Shown here: positions 28,095-46,090 of the stretch, piece after piece
Position numbering within the stretch: the stretch's first letter is position 1
Layout: each line of letters begins with the position of its first letter
Source of the DNA: the human T2T-CHM13v2.0 reference genome, Homo sapiens
DNA: 64,000 nucleotides
Direction: 5' to 3' (one strand)
Assembly (NCBI RefSeq): GCF_009914755.1
Contig: NC_060932.1
The notes under the pieces: generated by a model
What the model saw: only the letters and a program-made list of their open reading frames with translations
Databases searched by the model: none
What the model was told of the DNA's origin: nothing
Translations under genes and position numbers: made by a program

Positions 28095-30934
28095 ATAAGA
28101 ACTGAGTTCTAGAAGAAACTCTAGAAGAAGACAGGAACATTAGCCAACAGGACATATATTCAGTCCACTTAAGGCAATTCTCAGCTTGGCTTCTCTGAAA
28201 GAAATGAGATAGTAAAACACTAAGAAAATCTTTAAAAGGAAGAGCTGATCCTTTGCATTGTTTTTGGCAATAAAACACTGAGCTTTCAGAGATTAGCAAG
28301 AAAGCCAAGCAATGACCTGACGTTCCAGGTCACTAGAAGATGCTGACTTAGACATGATTATATTAGTGCTTTGTTCAGGGACTTCCAAGTGAATGCACAT
28401 ACAACTGATAGCTTCAAAATTCGGTCTTTTAAGTAAGCATTGCTTGAAAGCGATATCTTAATCCATTTTAATTATTTTTTTCTTAACCATTTGCATCTCT
28501 GTGTTCTCCTGGTAAAAGAAGTGTGGTGGCTCTACAGCAAATATGTTTTACAGCTTTTGTGTTTGGAGAAGGTGGAAGGAAAGCAAGGAAGCTGGTGTTT
28601 ACTAAGTTTTTCCTATGTACCAATTATTTCACATATATTAATAGATTTCATCCTTAGTAGTATCCAGTATTTGTCTAATAATCTAACTGTAGAAATAAGA
28701 AGCCTAAAACTCAGCAAATTTTCTAATCATATGGCTGGGGTTTGCACTCAGGTATGTCTGACTTTTGAGGTCACACTCTTACCAATATACTGGCTGCTGA
28801 AGAACTTTAGGTTTAAAGAAAGGGAAAAGGAAAATTACAGGGAGAGGGAAAGCATAGAGCTGCAGTCAAACTCCATTTGTGCCAGACCTCACAGTTCAAA
28901 TGCATAGCAGCATAAGACCACCTGTCTGGTCTGTAGTGGAGTGCAGGTAGTAGGTAGACATAAGGAATCTTGACATACAAAGGGCTTTGGTGATCAATGA
29001 GCTCAGAACCTTTATCTTAGAGTTAAGGAAACTGAAACTGAGAAAGCTCCTTGTCCAAGGTTATACTTGATTTTTGAAAATTTGTCAACATCAGAGCTAA
29101 GCCTAGAACCCATAAATCCTCATTCTTAGTTCTAAACTCATTCCATTATTCCATTCATTCTACTTGAGAAGGAATTCTCAGACATAGGACCTGCAATAAT
29201 TTCCTACGGAGATCAAAATCAAGTGCAGAAGAAAAGACTTTAGCCTGCGACCTGAGACTACTCAGAAATCCTAACATTTATTCAAAGTAATGAGTCCTTT
29301 GAAAAGACTCTTTCTTATTACAGTAAAGCATAAATTTAAATTGCAACCAAAAGAAAATAATTTCACCCTTAATCCCAAATTTATCTTCTGTGCATAAAGA
29401 GCATGGATTAAGAGACAGTATTTACTTGCTGTGTTGCCTTAAGTCACTAAACTTCTCTGAGCTGCATTTTAATTATCTATAAAACGAAGATAGTAATAAT
29501 ACAGAGGTTCCTCATTATCTCAATTTTATTATCTGAGTCTGCAGCATAATGAGACTGCACAAGAAATCAAAAGCCATCATAACATGAAAATATCCTCTAA
29601 TGCTCTAATGAGTTGCTCATTTATGAAATTAGTCTGCTCTCTGCATCCCTTCTCTTTTAAGATTTGTATTTATCTCTAACCATCAAATCAATGCCTTGGA
29701 TCATTAGTCTATAAATATCTTGCAAATCCTTTGGCAAGCAAAACTGTAAATCTCAGAAAAGTTTCAGACTCTCAAGCGATGAATGAGAGGAGTGCTAGAG
29801 AATAGTGCAAAGTCACACACAAAGCAACGGACATGGAAGGATCTGGCCTAGTTAGCATCTCAAAACCACAGAAGAGAGAAAAGGTAAGGTTGGTGACAGG
29901 GCAGGAATTTTAAAGAAAATGATTTGAGTATCAAAATAACAATAAAAATCTTTGGGAAAGCTGATTAAACCTTGAATGTTTCTCAAAAGTGACCTTTGAG
30001 GATTCTTTGAAAGTTAATAACATAAAAGGACATTGCATTATGTTCTCATTTATAGTTTTGCCAGAAATCATGTTTTTTTTTAAAAAAAGGACTCCATTAT
30101 TTTCAGTAAACATGTCTTATTGTCATTATAACCAAAATTATTACATTTATGAAAAATATATTATTTTTATTACCTTTACTTTTTAAAGGTAAATTCTCAA
30201 TTGAATCCTTTTTCCCTTATATACTATGAAATTTTTGTTGCAGCTTTAAGTGAATTTTTTGTAGTGAATAATTAAATTACCCTTGCATAATAAGGCTCTC
30301 TTTTATCTGTACCATCTTCTATTGTTATAGTAAACAAATGAGATAAAACTTGCAAATGCATTTTACAGATTCTATAGTGCTACGTTAATGTTAGAATTTA
30401 CTTTGTTTCCAAAAAAATGTTTATTTATTATGTGCAAGTTACCTCCACATACATTATTTATTTTATTCTCAAAACAACTCTTGGAGGTAGGTATATATCA
30501 TCTCCAAACTATAAATTAGCCAAATGAAGAAACTTGTTCAAGGTCACATAGCTATTAGGTGGCTTAGTTATACTGAGCACCCACATTGGCTGTTCTCAAG
30601 TCTAAGGTATTCATTCTATTAATTTGGACCATATGAAGCCACCAATTTTCAGTTCAATAATGGCTGAACATCTGCCTTTCATATGATTCTACCTTTCACA
30701 TTCATTCAAGAAGTATTACTGTCTATTCCCCATCAGATACTAATCTGAATTCTAGGGATATAGTAGTGATCAATACAAGCAAGGTCACAGTTCTCATGAA
30801 AGTTACATTCTAGTATAGACCATAACATATAAACAATAAAGCAAATAATTTAAATAAACAGAACAAATGGCTTACTGTTGTTATGTGCTATGCAGAGGAT
30901 TAATAACAAGTAGCCTATACAGAGTGTCTGCTAT

Positions 30935-31150
30935 AGGTCATATAATGTAGCACTTTGCATATATTAAGTTATTTTATTCTCATAACTCTATGAAGTAGGG
31001 AATATTACTATCCTCATTTTTTGGATGAAAATGCTGAAGTACAGAGAGGTTAAGTTACTTGTCCTGAGTCATGTAGCTGGTAGTGAAGGAGCCAAGCTTC
31101 AAACCTAACCAATCTGACCCTCAGAGGTACTCTTAAGCACCATGCTGTAC
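30935..31150 (-). mobile_element. MIR SINE
   Basis: CTCATTTTTTGGATGAAAATGCTGAAGTACAGAGAGGTTAAGTTACTTGTCCTGAGTCATGTAGCTGGTAGTG is the MIR core in reverse orientation. Confidence 0.75.
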
Positions 31151-34100
31151 AACAAGTCAATGGGATAAAAGTAACTGATATCTAATAGATAACTAGAATT
31201 GCTTCTCAACATCATATTTTTTATTAGTAATAGTACAGTGTTCAGTCTTCCTACACAAATACAAAATATAATGGATTATCTCAAATAATAAATTCTTCCC
31301 TCTAGTTCTTTTGCCAAATGGGGATTGTAGGAATCGGAGCACATTAGCCAAGAACAGTTTCGCTCAAAGTCTACACAACTGCTTAGGCTCTCATCGTCTC
31401 CATATGGACCCCCTGCAAGATTGTATTAACATGCACAATATATTCATAGTCTTGAGGACAACAGTTTACCACTCAATAATACTGGAACTGCACCATACAG
31501 TCCTATGACTACTCCCTCCAGGAAGGTGCAAAATTGGAAAGAAGTGTTGAGTGAACTGGAAATAGCCGACCTCAGGATGATTTCATCTCTCTCTTGTTGC
31601 CTCTTTACTTACTGTTCAGCTGTGATCCTTGCTCATCCCCAGATCCGAAGATCAGAGGAAATGATGATCGTATTTCCAATTAGAACAAATCGTAGCTATC
31701 TTGAGCTGTATCATTAATCCTTTCAGGGACATTTGTATTGTGTTACTCATTCTGTAGCCTAATGAGGCATAAAAGAAGAATCTCTTTCCTTTTCCTGTAT
31801 CCAAATGTAGGTCCAAATAATTGCTCCTGCTGCTAGAGACTAAGGTTAATTTAAAGTAAAGACCCAGCAGGGGAAATGTTCACTGTCTAAGCAATGGAAT
31901 CAAATGTGGATAGGCACTGTCATAAACCTATCACCTCGAGACTTTCCTTTTTGCAATTTGATCCTCAATTTTGTAATGCCTATTTGCCTACTGTTTATGA
32001 GTGTCAGAATTTTCCATTCCTTATGGAACAATGATTTTTTTCAATAAAATTATTTAACATAGTTCCCTATGGTGAGGACATTTTCACAGGCCCTTTCACT
32101 GGAGGGTCTAAAGTATGCTATAAATTCACTCATTTTTTTCTGCAATCAAAAGGAAATATATATATTTTTCCACTCTGTTTTGAATAGGATTAGAAAAGAA
32201 TCCTCTCTTCGGCATTCTCAGACACAGGAAGTGTTTTCTGGGCTGTTGCTATGTGCTTTAGCAAATTAGTCTGCCAGTCTCCTTAGGAACTCTGTCAGTT
32301 AGGTAGTTTGCTATATGTGCTTCCAAATTATTGATTTTGGATCAAACTGTAAGATGCAATAATAAGAACATATTTACCAAAAGTAAGTGAGTTGAAAACC
32401 TAATCCAGATTTATGTTTGAAAACTACTATTATCAGAAATGAAGGGACTAGAGTTAAATCTACCCAAGAAATGCTACTAAGTTGAAAGCCAAATAGTATG
32501 TTAGGAGAAATTTGGATTATCACTCCAAACTTCTTTATTAGTTCACTTCTTGCTCAATGACATCATTCCCTTTTAAGTATTCAAAGTGTCTATAGTATGT
32601 TCACCCATTTCCTAATCAAAACTTGCTCTTAGAAAAAGATCAGATACTTTACTTATGTTAGAGATGTATATTTGAAAATCAATTCCATGTGAAATAAGTA
32701 ATTCTAGTTGTAGTTATGAAGTGTCAATAATCATAAAGCAGGCTAAGGAAATTTTGTTTTGTCCTATGAATGAGGCATCTTGATACACTGAAATCACACA
32801 ATGCAGGCTAGGAATATAATTGCAACTTGGTAAACAATCAAATTCCTTGAAGACTTTAGAGATTTGTAGCTACATTTATTGAATTATAAAGCCAGTGCTG
32901 ATTGTGCAAGTGAAAACTATCTCTTTTATAATGTATAGAAGACAGATAATTAACATATTAATAAAGATGAAAAAACTAATATTTAAAATCAAAACAGACT
33001 CTATTGCTAACTACTGAGAGCATACTTTATATCATTGGAGAAATAAATACTTACGTAGCTCCTCTGCTCTCATACCCTTGCAGAAACTGGAGAGGGAGAA
33101 TAAGACCACAAGGCAGTGGCCTGTGGCTTTGACTCTGAAGTCCTAGGATGAATTTCAGAATAAGAGCTGGAGAAAACTTCATGAAAAAAAAATAATAATA
33201 ATTTGAGGAGGGGTAGAGTTTCTTCTCAGGGGAAGGACATTGGGAAGAGAGAAGAGAGCAGAAGAGAAAGGATAGTGTTGATAATAAGTCTTCCTAAAAG
33301 AATAGCAAATATTGGTTTATTTTTGTGATTTCACTGAAACCATCTCCATCTTCACAAACAGGAAAATATCCAAGATTGAATCTGCCAAAATGCCTCATGG
33401 GAGCATTTTTGTTTTTCTTTTTTGTCATTTTTGAAGGAAATGGAAGAAAGGGTTTGTGTTCAACATATACATCATGGAATGAGGACAGCACACTTGGTAT
33501 TAGAGGATAATTCAGACACTGTCCTATTTGATCAGAAGCCAGATCTCAGCCCCAAAGACGACCAGGATGATGCAGACATCACTGCCATTACCACTCCCAC
33601 AACTGCACAATCATATATACACACATGAACTATCTCTGCCACTGTCCATAGGAAGGAGTTTGAGCCAACTTTCTTTGAAACTCAAAGGTCAACTCGCATC
33701 TCGGCCACACATACAATATGTAGTTAATACACAGTATTTATGAAAGAGCTTTAGAAATATATTTAAATCTATCCAAATACGAGATGTAACATAGACGTTA
33801 GTATTTGTGTATTTTGATGGTAGCATTTGGTTGTTATCCAATTAAATTCCCTTAATTGTTTTGAATTTTACTAGGCAGCAGAGTGGGCAGACATATGGGA
33901 AAGAGGGAGGTAGAAAGGGACATACAGTACTCAACCCTAAAAGGAGCTTCCAGTTCGACCCTAAAGTATTATAAATGGAAGCATCCTGCACTGCAACTTT
34001 CTACCTTCACCCTAATGTAAAAATTTATGTCCTAAGATTTGGTGAAGGAACCAAACATGTATGACTCAGTTGCTACCTCATTCTTTTTATTCATACTCCC

Positions 34101-35095
34101 ACCAATTGTGCATCCCTGAGGTGAGGACACATAGATCGAAATCAAGGTATTTTGTCTAGATGTTGGTCTGCATGCCTGTTTCTCTCAGTCACCACTAATA
34201 GACTTCAACATTTGTGAGGCAATAATTCTAGATAAGTGATTCTACTTGGCAGATCCAACTTCTTCAGCTATGCCTAGGGATAAAGGTAGCAGAAAGCCCA
34301 GTGGTGACCATAGATCCCAGTAAATTTCCCAATCTATATTTACAAATAATTCTAGTATTTTGATCCCTGTTCATCTTACTCCTAGCAATTTTCTCATAGA
34401 TTTCAGACTTGAGCTCGGCTCAGGAGATGGATGATTAATTAACACCCCAAAACCCCAACAATATAATTAATTTCCAGTGAAAATTATACTATAACTAAAA
34501 CAGAAGTAACCTGGTAATTGATGGTGATTGCCTTGCAGCTATGTCTTGGCTGCCATCTCTAAAAAGGAAGCCAATTTTCCAAAAATGCATGTTAAATGCT
34601 GTACACAATTGATTCTGCATGTCATTAAGCCAAGGAGGATATTACTTACAGGGTTATTCATTTTTACTTTACTTTAATTAATGTTTAAAACCTCTAAATC
34701 ACTTATAACAATTAAGACAATTAACTTTGGGGGGAACTATGGATTTGGAACCTCGTAACACTCTTTAAAATCGCTGATATTTTCTTCTTTTACTAGAATT
34801 CACTTTGATAAACCACAAGTCAGAATAGCAATGTATTTGGCTCCCTTTTTAAACACACTGTGTATGTTCCTATTGAATTTTAGTTTCCTTTTTAGAGTTC
34901 TGGGGAAAAAAAGAAATAGTAACCTTTCCACATATTTTACAAGGCTGAAATATTTTGATGGATCCTGATTACTGAAAGATTTTAAGTTCTATATTTCACA
35001 TCAAATATACTTCTTTTTTATTGAGTGTTCTAATAAATAACAAAAAAAGCCTGGATCATGTGGTATTTTAGTTAGTAGAAGCACTACATATATAG

Positions 35096-35096
<1 letters not shown>

Positions 35097-35136
<40 letters not shown>
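35097..35136 (+). repeat. (TG)20 microsatellite
   Basis: 40-bp perfect run. Confidence 0.97.
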
Positions 35137-35140
<4 letters not shown>

Positions 35141-35321
35141 GTATCTAATTATAGTCTCTGAATAGGATCAAAATATTTCACATATTGGCATATTTATTTA
35201 AAATATCTTTCTAAAATATATGGAATAGAAAATAGTATAATAAATACCAGTATTTATTAAGCACTTACATTTCAGGTGCTTCATAGAATATGGCTCATTT
35301 AATCTTCATGATGGCCTTATC

Positions 35322-35508
35322 ACACTGTTTTCAAACTTTACACAAGGGTCCTCTGTGCAACTTGGTAAAAAGGCAGATCCCCAGAGTCAATTCAGTCAGG
35401 ATTCTGATTAAGTAGATCTGGAAGGATTTAAAGGATCTCTATTTTTAACAAACCTCTCCAGATTCCTCTGGTATAGGTAGCCTGTGGAACACACTGTAAG
35501 TAACATTG
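35322..35508. mobile_element. MER5-like hAT-Charlie DNA transposon remnant
   Basis: CACTGTTTTCAAACTTT...AAAAAGGCAGATCCC...ATTCTGATTAAGTAGATCTGG...TATTTTTAACAAACCTCTCCAG...CACACTGTAAGTAACATTG. Confidence 0.55.
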
Positions 35509-35526
35509 CCTATTAAATATTGCCTA

Positions 35527-35865
<339 letters not shown>

Positions 35866-36059
35866 TGCCTAATAAAATTTGACCATAATCTTAGATGAAT
35901 AAACTAAGAATCAAGAAACTTAAATATCTTGTTTAAGTTCCCCTATTCATGAAAAATAATGCTTTTGCTCTTGAGAGTAAGCATTTAAGTCTCATGAGGA
36001 ATGGGGAAAAGGTTAAGAAATAGGAACAAAAACATGAGACAGTGGCATTGGAAAGTGAT

Positions 36060-38100
<2,041 letters not shown>

Positions 38101-38719
38101 TAAATGGAGAACAACAGAAAAGGGTGAATATTTACACTATTCTGCAGGTTTATTGAATAAAGAAGCATTCAATGAAGGGCTCCATTTTCTCAAAGAATTG
38201 TCGTATCACTGAAGCATGAGGAATATTATTGAATTAGACTCAGAAATTTTAATTCAAGTCTTCCTATAAACTTTAAAATGTGTTAATTTTATTATGACAA
38301 TTTGTTAGTAACTAACAAGATGAAATATAGCGATGAAATTGACCCAATCCAACATAATAATCATAAGTCATATATGCCAGAATCTGGTCTGCTAAATCTC
38401 CAGTTTTCATTTTCATGACCTCAGGAACTGCTACATAAATCAGCCTGTTCTCACGACAGACATTTCGTGACATGTTGTCTGAAATTAACAGAGAAAGAAA
38501 TTCAATGTGCAATTGTGGTTTCATTCGGTAGACTGTAAGCTTTGATTGCGTGCCCACTGAGGGCAAAGAATCAGAAGTAGCTCCCTCTAAATACAGATAC
38601 AAGAAGCAGATGACACTATGCAGGATGGATCAGCTCTAACTGCCTGGAAAATAATGCATATCAAAGAAGGGGAGTCGTTGAGGGTTGTTACAGAATTTTA
38701 CCTTCTAAATTTCCTATTC

Positions 38720-39230
38720 GTGTATCATTTATTGATGATTGACTTTGTACTTGATGCTGTCCTAACTACTGGGAAAAAAATATTAAGTCAACAAAGTCTC
38801 TCTCAAGAATTTATAGTCTATTAGGAAAAGAGATAAACAGAAAAACAAATAAACGTGATGAAGCATCCTAGGTAGCATAATAGAAATCTAGAAGGTTACA
38901 GTGTGACACAAAGGAGAAAATAAGCAATTAATCCTGGGATATGTCAGAAAAGTGTTCATAGGGGAGGTGACATGAGTTCTAAATTCTGAAAGATGAGAGG
39001 CCATCTGCCAATGGCTATGAAGGAGAAAAATATGTCAGACAGAAGAGTCAGAAAAGAAGGGCATGGGTTAGAAAAATAGTATTACTAATTTGGGGGTGAA
39101 TCTGACACTCTGTGAGGTGAGGCATGGTTAAAAGGGATGCTGTAGAAGTTCACAGAAGAGGGATTATTGAGTATATCCTATGCCATGTATAAAATACAGG
39201 GTATTATTTTGATGGCAAAAAATGATATTA
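38720..39230 (-). mobile_element. L2 fragment
   Basis: CATTTATTGATG...CTCTCAAGAATTTATAGTCTATTAGG...GTCAGAAAAGTGTTCATAGGGGAGGTGACATGAG is a reverse L2 3' region. Confidence 0.6.
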
Positions 39231-39292
39231 CACAGTCCGAACCCTCTTCAAAAGAAGTAAATATAACTGAGCTCTATTAAAACTGCACTGTC

Positions 39293-41204
<1,912 letters not shown>

Positions 41205-43113
41205 TTTATAATAGTATCAAAAATTGTAAAATACCTAAGGATAAACTTAACCAAGGAGGTAAAAGACTTACAGTGAAAACTACAATATGCTGATGAAAGA
41301 AATTAAAGAAGATACAAATAAATAGAAAGATATCCCATGTACACAAATTGGAAGACCTACTATGGTTAAAATGTCTGTATTACCCACAGATATATACAGA
41401 TTCTATCCTATTTCCATCAAAATCCCAGTGACACTTTTTATAGAAATAGAACAAACAATCCAAAATTTATATGAAACAACAAAAGACCCAGAATAGCCAA
41501 AGTGATCTTGACAAAGAACAAAGATGGAAGCATCACATTTATTGATTTCAAAATATATTATAAAGCTACAGTAATAAAAACAATATGGTAGCGGTATAAA
41601 GATATATATAAAACAATGGAACAGAAGAGAGAGCCCAGAAATATATCGAGACATGTATGGTCCATTGATCTACAAAGTACACAATGGGAAAAGGAGAGTC
41701 CCTTGCAAAAATAGTGCTAAGAAAATTGAATATTGACATGCAAACGAAAGAACTTGGACCCTTATCTTATACCACACACAAAAAACTAACTTGGAATAGC
41801 TTAAAGACTTAAATATAAGATCTGAGAGTGTGGAATTCCTAGAAGCAAACAAAGGGGAAATTTTTATGACATTGGTCTTGGCAATGATTTCTTGGATATG
41901 ATGCCAAAAGCATTTTAGTTTTATATACATCAAACTTAAATGGTTCTGCATAACAAAGGAAGCATTCAACAGAGTGAAAAAGCAACCCACAGAATGGGAG
42001 GAAAATATTTGCCAACCATATATTTGATAAAGAATTAATGTTCAAAATATATGAGCAACTTATATAACTTAATAGCAAAAAACAGAAGAAATATTTTTAT
42101 TAAAAAATGGGCAAAGGACTTCAATAAACATTTTTTACAAAGAAGATACACAAATGTCCAACACTTGTAAGTGAAAAGGTAGTCAATATCACTAATCAGT
42201 AGAGAAATGTAAATCAAAACCACAATGAGATATCACCTCATACCTGTTAGGATACTACTATCAAAAAGACAAGGGCTAACAAGGGTTAGTGAGAGTTTGG
42301 AAAAAAGAGAACCCTTGTACACTGTTGGTGTGAATGTAAATCAGCACGGTCATTATGGAACAGCATGGAGGCCTCTCATAAAATTACAAATAGAACTACA
42401 GTATTATCCAGCAATCTAACTTCTGGATGTATGTCCAAAAGAAATGAAGTCAACATCTTAAAGAGATATCTGCACTCCCATGTTCATTGCAGCATTACTC
42501 ACAATAGCTAAGATACAGAAACAACATAAGTGTCCATTGGTGGATGAAGGAAATGTGATGCATAGATATCATATATTTATATATCTGTATGTGGGTGTAA
42601 TGAACCATTATTCAGCCATAAAAAAGGAGGAAACTCCACCATTTGCAACAACATGAATGAATCTGGAGGACATTATGCTAAATGAAATAAGCAGAGACAG
42701 AAAGACAAATATTGTATAATATCATTTATATGTGAAATCTAAAAAAGTCAAACTCATAAACGCAAAGTCTAGAATGGTGGTTGCCAAAAGCCAGGTGGGA
42801 GGTGCATGGAATAGGGTGATATTGGTCAAAGGGTACAAACTTTCAGTTATAAGATGACAAAGTTCTAGGGATCTCATGTACAGCATGGTGGCTGTAGTTG
42901 TCAGTTCTGCATTGTATACCTGAAACTTGCTCAAGATTAGATCTTAAATGTTCTCACCACACACAAAAAGGAAACCACATGAAATGATGAATGTTTTAAT
43001 TAGCTTTATTGTGATCATTTCATTTAGTGAATATATGTATGTATATCAAATCATCACAGTGCACGCCTTAAATATATACAATTTTTATTTTCCATTATAC
43101 CTCAATAAAGCTG
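41205..43113 (+). mobile_element. L1MA (L1MA9-like) 3' portion: late ORF2 plus 3' UTR
   Basis: Diverged ORF2 starting TTTATAATAGTATCAAAAATTGTAAAATACCTAAGGATAAAC. 3' UTR GGTCAAAGGGTACAAACTTTCAGTTATAAGATG...TTATACCTCAATAAAGCTG. Confidence 0.88.
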
Positions 43114-43416
43114 TTCATGGTTAATTCTGAGGCAATCCAAGAGGTAAAATCATTGATTTAATAGTTTACATTTTGCTTTTTTAAGGAAGCAGATGGAATT
43201 GGATTGGGGTCAGAAGTCCTGGGTTCTAGTATATTGTCCATCAATTTTACTAATAGCATTTTCTTTTCAAGCTTTTAATTTTAATCTGTTATGTGATCAT
43301 TGTATGTGCCTTTTCTAAGTCATAGGATTATTTAGGAGGCTCAAGTGAAATAATTAAAGTAAAAGTATGGGATATATTACAAACCACTATATAAACATAA
43401 AATACTGTTATAAGAA

Positions 43417-43444
43417 CCTTCCTTCCTTCCTTCCTTCCTTCCTT
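43417..43444 (+). repeat. (CCTT)7 microsatellite
   Basis: 28-bp perfect run. Confidence 0.9.
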
Positions 43445-44273
43445 TTTTTGGAAACCACAATAAAATATTTTCCATTATTTTATCTCTTACATATATATAT
43501 AGTTGTTTTTAGTGCCAAAAAAAGGTGTTAATGTTCTTGATAAAATTTTAAGATGCTTACTGTTGTTGTTGTTGTTGCTCTTGTTGTTTTAATTTGACAA
43601 TACTAGATGACCTCCCACTGTGCCTTTTATAACATGGAGTCCAAAGCTAAATATGTAGTTCATAACAGGAAGCTCACCCAAATGCCTCCTCTCACATCTC
43701 TTTATTTTTTTAATCTCTTATTTAATTCCCTCTATTTTTTGTTGTAGTTTAACATCATAAGTCATTTCTGGTTCTGTTTTTAATTATCTACTTACACCTC
43801 ATCTCATTCTAGAAAGGATTAAAACATTCATATTTAGAAGTAGATTAAAAATAATATGCCACAAATAAGGATAATGTATTCAGCCTCTAGTGTAATAAAC
43901 ACTCCTAGTTGATTCCCTGTCCAGAATCTTCCGAGGTCTCAATCTCTCACACTCTCTTAGCTGCCTTAAGAAGCATCCCTTTAACATGTTTCTTTTTCTC
44001 TCTCTCCCTCTCTCTCATTATTTCTCATTTTTTTTGGACTTTCTCTTGCTGTTCTGCCTTCAGCCAATCTTCTTGTCTCTATTCTGTCTTTCTTCTTTCT
44101 GTCTCTATTACCAGGTCATTGGATGTCTTAGTGGAGGAGCTATAACTTTTCAAAATTTCTCCACCAGGTCAGTTCATTACTTGTTGCTTAGTGAACATTT
44201 CAGTGTTAGAAGATTGATGCTAGGAATGCACATTTGTGTGCAGTATAGAAATGTCTTAGCCTTGCCCTGATAA

Positions 44274-44275
<2 letters not shown>

Positions 44276-44307
<32 letters not shown>
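44276..44307 (+). repeat. (TG)16 microsatellite
   Basis: 32-bp perfect run. Confidence 0.95.
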
Positions 44308-44310
<3 letters not shown>

Positions 44311-45559
44311 AAATCATGAGATGATCTGTGATTGCACTTCAGATTCAAAGTGATTGGACCCTACACACATTTCCATGAAGCCCATTTATCATCTGGGAGT
44401 TTTGAAGATTTGATTATGACAAAAAAATAGGGAGAATTCTGGCTTCACACATTTTTGTCATAATGAAATTCTTCCCCACCAGCTACTTCACTTTGGGACC
44501 CTAAAAATACAGTCCATTAGACAAGCGAAAAATTTATAGCTGATGCCCTCTTCTTCAATTTCTTGCTTCTGGTGCAGGCCCCACCTCTCATAATTTCACC
44601 TCAAGCAGTCTTGCTGGCAGCCAGAACTTACAAAATGGCCTGTTTTCATTAGATGTACAGAAACCATTGGTTGTTAAGATTATGCCCTCAGAGCAACTCT
44701 ACTTTCTAAAAGGAAAGAATGCGTTGTTAAAGGAGGTACAGAGCAGAGGCTTGGGTGGCAAACTGGACATAAAATTTACTGAGAAACATCCAGTGTTTCC
44801 TTTAAATTCTGCACAAAACCTAACACATTTCTGGAGCTCTTAATCTCACAGTGTTAACAGTTTGAGTGAAGGAGGAGGAGCCACAGGGAGTGTGGCTTTG
44901 CTTAACTAAAAACCCCTAAATACTGTGCCGTTCCCTCCCTAAGAGGGATTATAGAGAGTGCAAATGGAAGACTTGAATTATTTATGAAAACTGTTAATCA
45001 CAGGCATGGTTGCCAAGGGAATGAGGCAATGTGTCCTCAGGTAGACAGTCTCCTGCCAAAAATCTGACTTCTTTTTCTTTTCTTCTTTTGCTAATTCCAG
45101 TGATCTGTTAAAACTTTTCAACGGTAGATCCTGGAGATTACATGTTTAATGTGGCAAAAAAACCTAGAAACACCTCCAACAAAACTGAGACAGAAGTAGC
45201 TTACAAATGAGAGCTCAGGTGGGAATAGAAGCTGTTTTCAAGATGGAGAGTACAAAAAAATGAGGGACTGAGGCCCCTCTATTCAAAGAAATGTGGTTAT
45301 TTTACCTGTATGCTTTGTTTCACAGCTATGATGTCATCTCTTGTGATACTGACATTCCTTAGAGGAATTATGAGGAAAAAAACAGATTCGATCAAGCAAA
45401 GGATAATTTTCATTCTCATAAGCCTCATTCTCTCTATTTCCAAAATGGAAAAAGAAATGCAGACATCAGGGTTGCTCTTTCCTTGCAGGGATACCTTAAA
45501 GATGTAAAATTGCAATAAGCACAGAATTATGTATCAATCTTGTTATACTGTGGACAGAG

Positions 45560-46090
45560 ACACATTTGCAAAATGCAAATCTGATCATATCACAGATCTC
45601 CTGGTTTAAAACATTTCAATGATTTCTATCTCTCTAGAGTTAAAGATGAGAATCTTTATCCCATCCCAGGCAAGCTATGCCCTGCATGATCTGGCTCTAT
45701 GCCAAAACCCTTCCTAGCTCCTTCATCCAACCACACTGGTCCTCCTTCAGTCTTTCATAAGCTTTGTGGTTACTTGAGCTGCAGGATTTTTGCAGAAACA
45801 ATTCTCCCTGTCAGGAATGATCTTCCCTCCTATCTTCACCTAGTTAACCCACTCATTCTTCCAAGTTTATTTCCTGAGGAAAGCCTGGGCAACATATCTA
45901 AGACATATTTCCCTCTTACATGCTTGTATAGTTCCTCTCCTTGGTAATACTGGACTTATGTCTTGTTTACTAACATGTATTTGTGGGATTGTATGTTTAA
46001 ATCTCTCAACAATACTCCAAACTCTGCTTTTGTTCACCATTTTATCTCTAGGATCTAACAATTAAATAGTACATATCTAATGTATCGTGA
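45560..46090 (+). mobile_element. L2 3' fragment
   Basis: AAATGCAAATCTGATCATATCAC...GCCCTGCATGATCTGGCTC...CCAACCACACTGGTCCTCCTTCAGT...TTTGTTCACCATTTTATCTCTAG. Confidence 0.6.

Noticed and set aside
27943-28907. 121-aa and 155-aa ORFs
   Set aside because: They span a TAGA microsatellite or MIR-like AT-rich sequence, use non-ATG starts and contain no recognisable domain.
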